64,000 nt of DNA from sequence record OV032902.1, one strand, 5' to 3'. The notes beneath the pieces are model-generated. The model was not told the DNA's origin. It saw only the letters and a program-made list of their open reading frames with translations, and ran no database searches. Position numbers and translations under genes: made by a program. Shown piece by piece: positions 57,240-64,000 of the stretch (position 1 is its first letter; each line of letters starts with the position of its first letter).

Positions 57240-59417
57240 ATGTTTAACTCTTTCTTAGAAGCAGGCTACAACAAGTCTGAATTCGATAAAGTTCAAGCGA
57301 AAATCGAACTAGGTATTCGCGATCGCGCTGCTGAACTAACACCTGAAGCTGCTGAACTACTAGCAAACTTTAACGGTGATTGGGACAAGCTAAGCGAAGC
57401 TGACGCTACAACTCTTTCTGGTGCTGTTACAGCTGCTAAAGAAGTTCTAAACGAAGCTGGTTACGACGAGTTCCTAGCTAAAATCCTAGTTGGCGCTGCT
57501 GATGCAGAAAAAGTAGAAAAGTTTGTTGCTGAAGCTGGTCACCCTGGTTTCCAAGCTGGTCTAGTTGCAGCTGCATCTATGGTTATCGCTGAAGGTAAAC
57601 CTGAAGCTTACGCAAGTGCGTACGTAAATCCAAACGGTCAAACTGACCAGTCTACTGAAATCGTTGGTTCTCTTTCTGGTTACGACTTGGAAGGTTTCGA
57701 CAACTTCGTATTTGACAAGTTCTCTGTGAAATCAGCTATGACTGCTGGTATCGTTGCAGCAACTTCTCCGTTCTCTCAAACGTTCTTCCGTCCATCAGTT
57801 CTACCTGCGTCACAAAACGGTCTAGATCTACGTGTAACTGTACCATACACTTACCGTCGTACTTACCGTCCAGGTACTGGTGCTGAAAACAAGATGGGTC
57901 GTAAGTACCTTGTACGTGCTCCACTTGATCACACAATCATGGAAGATAACTCAACTGACGTTATCCCTGTGGCTGATGCAAACCGCGCTCCTGTTCTACA
58001 GGCTGCTGTAGCAACTAAGCAAGTTGAGCAACACGGTATCACTTTCGATACTCGTCCACTTAAGTACGGTACTAAAGTTGACCTTATCGACGTTTCATCT
58101 AACTCAGAACTAATTCGTCTAGGCGATATGACTGAGCAAGATACTCTTGACCCGCTAGTAACTATCGGTCGTCAAGTTCTTAAGCTTACAGATGGTACTA
58201 ACGACTCTTTCGTAGAAGTTGATCTATCTACTCATATCGGCGCGATGCTGAACTACGTTGCTGAAGGTTTCGAAAAGAGCTCAAGCACTCAACAAGAATT
58301 CACTTTCTGGATTCACGGTACTGACGAAGATTACGCTGGTACTCCTGTTGATGCAGCTATCGACGCTTCTGGTAACGCAACTGTAGCAGTGATCACTGAC
58401 GCTAACTGGCGTATCAAAGTAACTGCACGTATCTCAGCTTCTATCGACGAAGATGCGAACATGGTAGTTGACCTAGCAGAAATCTCTGTAGACTCTCTAC
58501 AATACGGTGCTGACTTCGGTACTCTAGCAACTTCTGCTGAACTTGATACGTTCACTGGCGCGTTCGATTTCGTTATCGCTGAATCTGGTTACTTCCCAGA
58601 TGCACGTCGTTCGAACAGCAACATGCGTGATGTAGGTACTATCGTTGACGCTGGTCGTACAACTAAATACCGTCTAACTGCTCCACTAGGTGCGCCTATC
58701 TCAACTGTGAAGCCACTAGTTGCTATGGGTAACGGTGTTTCTATCGATGGTCTATCATCTGCTGCACGTCTACGTGACCTTGGTACTTCTGTGACTACTC
58801 TTCTTGACTTCGAGAAGAAATTGATCATGACTAAAGACCTACCAGGTAACGCTGCTGCAATCGGCGGTCAACTTGTAACTTCAACTCACAAGACTGCGTC
58901 TGTGAACGTTACAACTATGGTTCGTAACCGCGATTCACGTCACGGCCTAGAAGATCTACGTAGCCACTTGGTTAACGCGATCACTATGCTGTCTAACTTC
59001 ATGATCGTTGACTCTGGCTACCTACCAGCTCTAGAAATGTACACTGGTTCACGTTCTAACTTCGAAGTAATCGTTGTTACTGATCCAATCATCGCTAACC
59101 ACCTAATGACTTCAGGTGACGGCCGTACTCTAGGCAACAACCGCCGCTTCAAAGTAAGTGAAGTAGATGACGAGCGTATGCGTGGTAAGATCTACATCTC
59201 ACTAGCTCGTACTGATACGACTGGTGCTGACGTAATGTCTTTCGGTACTCAAATCGTTTGTGCACCGTTCGTTCACCAAGCGCAAGTTACTCTAGGCGCA
59301 AGTACGCACCAAATGACTCAAATCATTCCACGTACTGCATTCCACGTTACACTACCTATCCTAGGTCGTATCGACGTAACTGGTCTAGAAGGCTTCTACC
59401 TACAAACTACGCCATAA
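57240..59417 (+). CDS. major capsid protein (phiKZ gp120-like)
   Basis: 725 aa, strongly biased codon usage, ~150 aa acidic propeptide-like N-terminus ending DLE/GFD. FSQTFFRPSVL and VIVVTDP.IANHL segments; position between DnaB and the gp122/123-like genes. Confidence 0.88.
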   Translation: MFNSFLEAGYNKSEFDKVQAKIELGIRDRAAELTPEAAELLANFNGDWDKLSEADATTLSGAVTAAKEVLNEAGYDEFLAKILVGAADAEKVEKFVAEAGHPGFQAGLVAAASMVIAEGKPEAYASAYVNPNGQTDQSTEIVGSLSGYDLEGFDNFVFDKFSVKSAMTAGIVAATSPFSQTFFRPSVLPASQNGLDLRVTVPYTYRRTYRPGTGAENKMGRKYLVRAPLDHTIMEDNSTDVIPVADANRAPVLQAAVATKQVEQHGITFDTRPLKYGTKVDLIDVSSNSELIRLGDMTEQDTLDPLVTIGRQVLKLTDGTNDSFVEVDLSTHIGAMLNYVAEGFEKSSSTQQEFTFWIHGTDEDYAGTPVDAAIDASGNATVAVITDANWRIKVTARISASIDEDANMVVDLAEISVDSLQYGADFGTLATSAELDTFTGAFDFVIAESGYFPDARRSNSNMRDVGTIVDAGRTTKYRLTAPLGAPISTVKPLVAMGNGVSIDGLSSAARLRDLGTSVTTLLDFEKKLIMTKDLPGNAAAIGGQLVTSTHKTASVNVTTMVRNRDSRHGLEDLRSHLVNAITMLSNFMIVDSGYLPALEMYTGSRSNFEVIVVTDPIIANHLMTSGDGRTLGNNRRFKVSEVDDERMRGKIYISLARTDTTGADVMSFGTQIVCAPFVHQAQVTLGASTHQMTQIIPRTAFHVTLPILGRIDVTGLEGFYLQTTP

Positions 59418-59439
59418 GCTTAGTTCTGTTAAGAAACAT

Positions 59440-59475
59440 AATAGCCGACCTTCGGGTCGGCTATTTTCTTTTTGT
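59440..59475 (+). terminator. intrinsic terminator after the capsid gene
   Basis: AATAGCCGACC-ttcg-GGTCGGCTATT then TTCTTTTT. Confidence 0.9.
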
Positions 59476-59482
59476 CCGCATT

Positions 59483-59511
59483 TTTGATAACATCTTTATT
59501 TCTATATTACT
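59483..59511 (+). promoter_or_regulatory. candidate early promoter
   Basis: TTTGAT begins 20 nt before TATATTAC (59503-59510), same spacing as the other copies. Confidence 0.7.
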
Positions 59512-59552
59512 GAGTGCAAGTACTTATTGTATTTAAACAAACGAGGTTTATT

Positions 59553-60686
59553 ATGCTTGAACTATTGAAACTGTTCGGGCGTAGCTATGGTGGTACAGAT
59601 TTTGGTGTGACGACTTTGCGTCGTTGTACTCCTCTATCTGCTCACGTTAACATCGCTACTGCTGAGAACGAATTCTACGAGCAACGGCTTCGGGTTATTA
59701 ACTTACTTAAAGATGATCGAAAACTTTATATGGTTAGACCCGACGGGTTGCGTATTGAGATTCCAAACTCTTCTGGAGTCGAACACAAACTTGATCGTGT
59801 TGGTCAGTATGACATGTATAAGAAGATGCTTACAGATGCAGTCTCTAAGGGAGCTGTTATCTTCGAAGTATGTTCTGATACTTTACATCGTCATGTTACA
59901 CTAGACGGTACAAACATGTATAAGTCCATTGAGATAGATAACAAGACATTCGAAGTAATGCCGTTAGATGCTCATAAGAACACTTATTACATTATGACAT
60001 CCGAAGAGGAACTAGAAAGAAACCGTTATGGTTTGTATGTTCCTTGGCTTGGTGCAACTGTCGGTACAACTGATCGTGTCGTTAACAAAAACATTTCCCT
60101 TAACGGTTACAATCGTGAATCGGGAACAGACGGACTGGTAAGTATTTCTTATCGTGTACGCTCTGAGTTAGGTGAAGATCTTGTCCTGTATGTAGAAATG
60201 AATGGAATGGTTACGGAAGTATCAGCAACTAAACAAGGCTATACTAACGAAGAACTAATCGATGTCATTATTACAGAGCATGGCAAAGAGCGCCGCATTG
60301 GCACCGTAAAGCTATCTGAGGCACTAACTGGTATTATGGTACTGGATGAACTTAGAGAGCGTCAGCACTTCGTTAAGATGTTCCGTACTAAGTTTGAGAT
60401 TGATCTATATCATGATGAAACAAAGTTCCGTGAGCAAAAGCTACGTGATGAATTAGCACGCAAGGAAAAACTCATTAAGACTATGAGTGCCGAGCATGAT
60501 AAATCTATGAAGTTGCAGAAAGAATCTTACGAAGCTAAGTTACGTGCGTCTGACTCTACGGACAAAAAGAATAAGTCTGCCGCAGCTCAAGGCTGGGCAG
60601 GTTTCTTGGAGAAAGCAATTAACATTGTTGTTAACCTAGGCGGTTTAATATTTGGCATTTTCAGTTCATCAAAATTGATAGCCTAA
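59553..60686 (+). CDS. conserved chimallivirus protein (phiKZ gp122-like)
   Basis: ATG 59553 with GAGG RBS; C-terminal coiled coil ending in a hydrophobic segment. Confidence 0.65.
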   Translation: MLELLKLFGRSYGGTDFGVTTLRRCTPLSAHVNIATAENEFYEQRLRVINLLKDDRKLYMVRPDGLRIEIPNSSGVEHKLDRVGQYDMYKKMLTDAVSKGAVIFEVCSDTLHRHVTLDGTNMYKSIEIDNKTFEVMPLDAHKNTYYIMTSEEELERNRYGLYVPWLGATVGTTDRVVNKNISLNGYNRESGTDGLVSISYRVRSELGEDLVLYVEMNGMVTEVSATKQGYTNEELIDVIITEHGKERRIGTVKLSEALTGIMVLDELRERQHFVKMFRTKFEIDLYHDETKFREQKLRDELARKEKLIKTMSAEHDKSMKLQKESYEAKLRASDSTDKKNKSAAAQGWAGFLEKAINIVVNLGGLIFGIFSSSKLIA

Positions 60687-60719
60687 TGAAATCTTGTGTC
60701 AACAACAAAGGAGATAAAT

Positions 60720-61086
60720 ATGATTGTTGGCGGTATTTATCAGTCCTTTTCAGACTTATGCTGATTGGTTTTATCAACAGTGTCATGAAAATCAACAGAA
60801 GCCCTTAGAAACCAATTGGCATGTTGACAGTGACAATGGCGAGGTTAAAGTGTATTCGCCAAAAACATGTAAGTTAATTTTACCGTTTGACAATATACAG
60901 AAAGCCAGAAAGGACAAGGGAAAAAATATTTCACTGGTTCACACTGATGGGAAAATATTGAAAGATGTTAAGATTTCCGAGGCGGTAGAAAAAACCGGAC
61001 TGAATAAGTCTACAGTTTATCGACTGATTAACGGAAAAACTTCCGAAGTAAACGGCTGGAAAAACAAAGGAGACAGTTTTGATTGA
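60720..61086 (+). pseudogene. truncated/frameshifted HNH-like homing endonuclease with C-terminal HTH
   Basis: FQTYADW...WHVDSD....VYSPKTC.LI.PFDN resembles the FQNFA.W...W.LDKD...YSP.TC.FVP..N phage endonuclease motif; HTH-like ISEAVEKTGLNKSTVYRLING. The ATG at 60720 with the best RBS is out of frame. A 120 aa protein from TTG 60724 is the alternative. Confidence 0.55.
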
Positions 61087-62650
61087 TCCTGCTATTGTAC
61101 AAGGTGTCAAAAATATGGCACCTAGATGGAACGAGAAAGTATGTCACGGTATGGCTATTGAGGAATTCCCAAAGATTCCTGAAGTAATCCACCTGGCAAT
61201 GAAGCAAGCGTTTAAAGGTTTCGGAGACTTTCAGTATGTAGATTACAAACTGGCAGACCCTAAAGAAGCTTACGCTGAAATCACTCGTCCTCGATCAAAT
61301 AAAAATACGTACGAACAAGCAAAGACTACAGCTGCTCTATATCGATATGAGTTTATGTTTGGTCGTGAGCGTATGCGTTGGCGTTATCAATTCCTTCCTC
61401 ATCTAGATGCAGATGGACTACTAAAGATTAAAGACAGTCGCTATCAAGTAGCACCGACTTTATCTGATCAGTTCTTCTCTATCGAAGAAGGTAAAGTATT
61501 CATTCCGATTCCTCGTGCTCCTGTTACGATTTATCGTGAAGACTACTACTTCCACAAAGACGGTATCTTTACTCCGGTAGATGTTCTGTGTTCTCGTCTA
61601 CACTTTACTTCGAAAGATGAAGCTCCACCGTCACGTCATCCACAATTGATGAACTACTTCTTCTGTCTATGGGGCGCTACTCAAGCATTCCGTTACATGG
61701 GCATGGAAGTTGCAATCATGGATGAAGGTGCGTACAGTGAAGAAGACTTCCCTTCAGATGAATGGGTTAAGTGTACTTCTACGGGTAAGCGTCCTAAGAT
61801 GCGTATCCCTAACTTTACGACACCTGACACAGTACTAATGGTTAAGCGTGAACATCTGACTCGTGTAAACGAATCATTCATTGCATCTTTCTTCTATGTA
61901 GTGGATAACTGTTCAGACTTGTCTTTCCTTCGTCCTGAAGTAATGGATGAGCCTACGGTATGGAAGCGTGCACTAGCTCGTTTTATCTGGCGTAACCCTA
62001 ACGTACTTGATTGTGTGGATAACATTGATGCGCACATTGCATCCCTAGAAGAATACCTGGACGAAACGGTAATCCGTAAACTTCGTGTTGGTATGATTCC
62101 AGCTGAAACGATTTGGGACTTGTTCCGATATGTTCTAGTGAACTATCAAGACATGGTACTGAATTCTAATCCGGCTAACATTCTAGGTAAAGAGCTTCGT
62201 ATCATCGAGCCAATCGTACAAGATACAATCATCATGATAAACCGATTGATGTTTGCTATTCGTGGATTGGACCCTGCGAAGTTCCGTAAAGATACCATTG
62301 AAGAATTATTCAATCGTGGCTTTACGCAAAACATGGTAATTCGCTTGGCTAGCGATCATCCAGAAATTAGTCTTGTAGATTGTGCTAACGATCAGAAGAC
62401 ATTTAAAATCAGTAGTCTTGTTCATCGCCCAAGTAAGAACAATGGCTCAGCATCGGCAAGCGATATGCGTAACCCGATGTATTGGTTGGACCCTAACATG
62501 CTAGATGCATTTAGTCGCCGTATGGTTACTAAGTCTTCACCTACGGCTTCAAACAGAATCCGTCCAGCAATTAAGTTAGGACCAAACAATGAAGTACTTC
62601 CGGACCCAGATATGGAACGTTTCCGCGAAGAGTTCGCAAGGCTAAAATAA
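61079..62650 (+). CDS. non-virion RNA polymerase beta N-terminal subunit (phiKZ gp123-like)
   Basis: 523 aa, TTG start 6 nt after AAAGGAG. YQFLPHL..DGLLKI..SRY and GKELRIIE segments; position after the capsid/gp122 genes. Confidence 0.8.
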   Translation: MIDPAIVQGVKNMAPRWNEKVCHGMAIEEFPKIPEVIHLAMKQAFKGFGDFQYVDYKLADPKEAYAEITRPRSNKNTYEQAKTTAALYRYEFMFGRERMRWRYQFLPHLDADGLLKIKDSRYQVAPTLSDQFFSIEEGKVFIPIPRAPVTIYREDYYFHKDGIFTPVDVLCSRLHFTSKDEAPPSRHPQLMNYFFCLWGATQAFRYMGMEVAIMDEGAYSEEDFPSDEWVKCTSTGKRPKMRIPNFTTPDTVLMVKREHLTRVNESFIASFFYVVDNCSDLSFLRPEVMDEPTVWKRALARFIWRNPNVLDCVDNIDAHIASLEEYLDETVIRKLRVGMIPAETIWDLFRYVLVNYQDMVLNSNPANILGKELRIIEPIVQDTIIMINRLMFAIRGLDPAKFRKDTIEELFNRGFTQNMVIRLASDHPEISLVDCANDQKTFKISSLVHRPSKNNGSASASDMRNPMYWLDPNMLDAFSRRMVTKSSPTASNRIRPAIKLGPNNEVLPDPDMERFREEFARLK

Positions 62651-62659
62651 GGAGAAGTC

Positions 62660-64000
62660 ATGCGCCCAGCAGACTTTATCGGTTATCAAGCCCACGGCAA
62701 ATACAAACCAGGCAAAGTCATTATGCAGCCCGGAGGCTGGAAGAACGGTTACAAACAACCAGACATTCCAGTCAATACCGGACATAATGTCTTAAACAAC
62801 GACGAACTCAGTAAGAATCTGCTAGATGCAATTCGCTGGGGTGTCGATCAATTCTACCGCCACATGGATTCTATTCATGGTGTCTCTGTTATGACCAAGT
62901 ATTACGAAGTCATGATAGATGGCCAAGGCGGTCCCTTGTACAACGACCATTATAGCGAACGCATCATTGTACCTGTTTATGAAACCGTAATTAACATGGT
63001 TGTTAAGAACGCGACTACAGGTAACTTCTCAATGATACAGCAAGCAGGCATTTATGCCAAAGAGCTGTGTTGGGATTGGATGTGTCGGTTCTGGTATGAA
63101 GACCCTGCCCGTGAAGCAGTTGACGAAGAATGGAGTGTAGACTACATTACTCGCGCAGCTCGTGTGCAGAAGGATTACATCGATCTCAAGAATGAGATTG
63201 GTTCTGGTATCCCTATCATATCGAACGAATCAAAAGTTTATGATTTCTATATTACCAATAAGAATAAGAGCCTTTCTAAGGCTACGACCATGACAGATAT
63301 TCTTAATGGTAAAGGTCCACAAGGAGTTGTACCAATGCCTGATGATGGAAAGGTACGCGACTATGAGGATTACTCTGGTCACTACCCTGATGTCGCTAGA
63401 CGCCTAGAGAACGATGCTCGCATGGAGCAACGTAAACTAGAATCACAAGCCCGTGGTAAGACTATTGCAGCTGCACTAGCCGCATCAACTAAAGTGCATT
63501 CAGACGATGCACCGATGCCTGTTAAGTTCAACATGCAAGAAGCCGAGCCAATCAAAATCACCCCAACTATAATCGATACTCAAGAAGACGAAGAGGAACC
63601 AACCATGATGTACACTCAACAAGCAGCACCTGCACAGCAACAAAACGTAATGCTAGTTAACCACCTTAACCAGCCTATTACGACTATGCAAGGTCAAACG
63701 CTTAATGTTCCTGCACACATCTACCAATACGGTGGTGCTGTAATGCAGCGCTGTAACGCACAAGGTCAGCCGTACTTTGACCAACAGGGTTTACCAATCG
63801 TAGTTCTTCGTGATCCACAAGGTAACGAACAATTCATCGAACTAGCTCCTGGTCAAACTGCTATCTATCAGCAAATCGTTCAAAGTGAACAGCAAGCACA
63901 ACCACAAGTAGGTGCAGCTAATGGAATGATTCCTCAGACAGCACAACAGACAGCAGCTCCTCAAGCACAAGTTGCTCCGGCTGCAAATACTGGCGGTGCA
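62660..64000 (+). CDS. hypothetical protein, partial (runs off the window), Q/A/P-rich
   Basis: Not in the ORF track. ATG 62660 with AAGGAG RBS; I read 447 codons without a stop (MRPADFIGYQAHGKYKPGK...APAANTGGA). Confidence 0.85.
   Translation, partial: MRPADFIGYQAHGKYKPGKVIMQPGGWKNGYKQPDIPVNTGHNVLNNDELSKNLLDAIRWGVDQFYRHMDSIHGVSVMTKYYEVMIDGQGGPLYNDHYSERIIVPVYETVINMVVKNATTGNFSMIQQAGIYAKELCWDWMCRFWYEDPAREAVDEEWSVDYITRAARVQKDYIDLKNEIGSGIPIISNESKVYDFYITNKNKSLSKATTMTDILNGKGPQGVVPMPDDGKVRDYEDYSGHYPDVARRLENDARMEQRKLESQARGKTIAAALAASTKVHSDDAPMPVKFNMQEAEPIKITPTIIDTQEDEEEPTMMYTQQAAPAQQQNVMLVNHLNQPITTMQGQTLNVPAHIYQYGGAVMQRCNAQGQPYFDQQGLPIVVLRDPQGNEQFIELAPGQTAIYQQIVQSEQQAQPQVGAANGMIPQTAQQTAAPQAQVAPAANTGGA

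Noticed and set aside
108-62661. Many 60-170 aa ORFs antisense to or nested in long genes (for example 9848-10159, 24346-24771, 47852-48349, 54437-54940)
   Set aside because: No RBS or motif; explained as shadows of codon bias in the real genes. Only the o-spanin and the -1 frame ORF were kept.
1-64000. tRNA, rRNA, introns, inteins, stop-codon reassignment
   Set aside because: No cloverleaf or intron-sized gaps were seen by eye, polymerase and helicase genes have normal lengths, and long ORFs read in the standard code. tRNAscan and Infernal were not run.
1-64000. Host assignment (for example Vibrio) from codon style
   Set aside because: Suggestive only. The window supports a Gram-negative host (spanins) and nothing more specific.

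Overview
64 kb from the conserved core of a phiKZ-like, nucleus-forming jumbo phage (Chimalliviridae-type). No host genes, rRNA, tRNA or CRISPR were seen. The window carries both halves of a split family-B DNA polymerase, a chimallin-like nuclear shell gene, all four core subunits plus the specificity subunit of the non-virion RNA polymerase, one virion RNA polymerase subunit, an SbcD-like nuclease, SF2 and DnaB-like helicases, the major capsid protein, baseplate and head genes, and a tandem array of head-protein paralogs. phiKZ gene numbers below come from recalled synteny, size and motifs, not from a database search. Genes without a recognisable motif are assigned by position only. The most notable observations are: a candidate -1 frameshift (U_UUU_UUC) joining the gp77-like gene to the next ORF; a tandem inactive plus active ClpP pair; a recurring D-x-E motif at the predicted head-protein maturation sites; a ~50 aa module shared by two Q/A/P-rich proteins; an HNH-like remnant abutting an RNA polymerase gene; an apparent AUA start; an overlapped spanin pair; and two classes of phage promoter motif. 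The host cannot be determined from this window.
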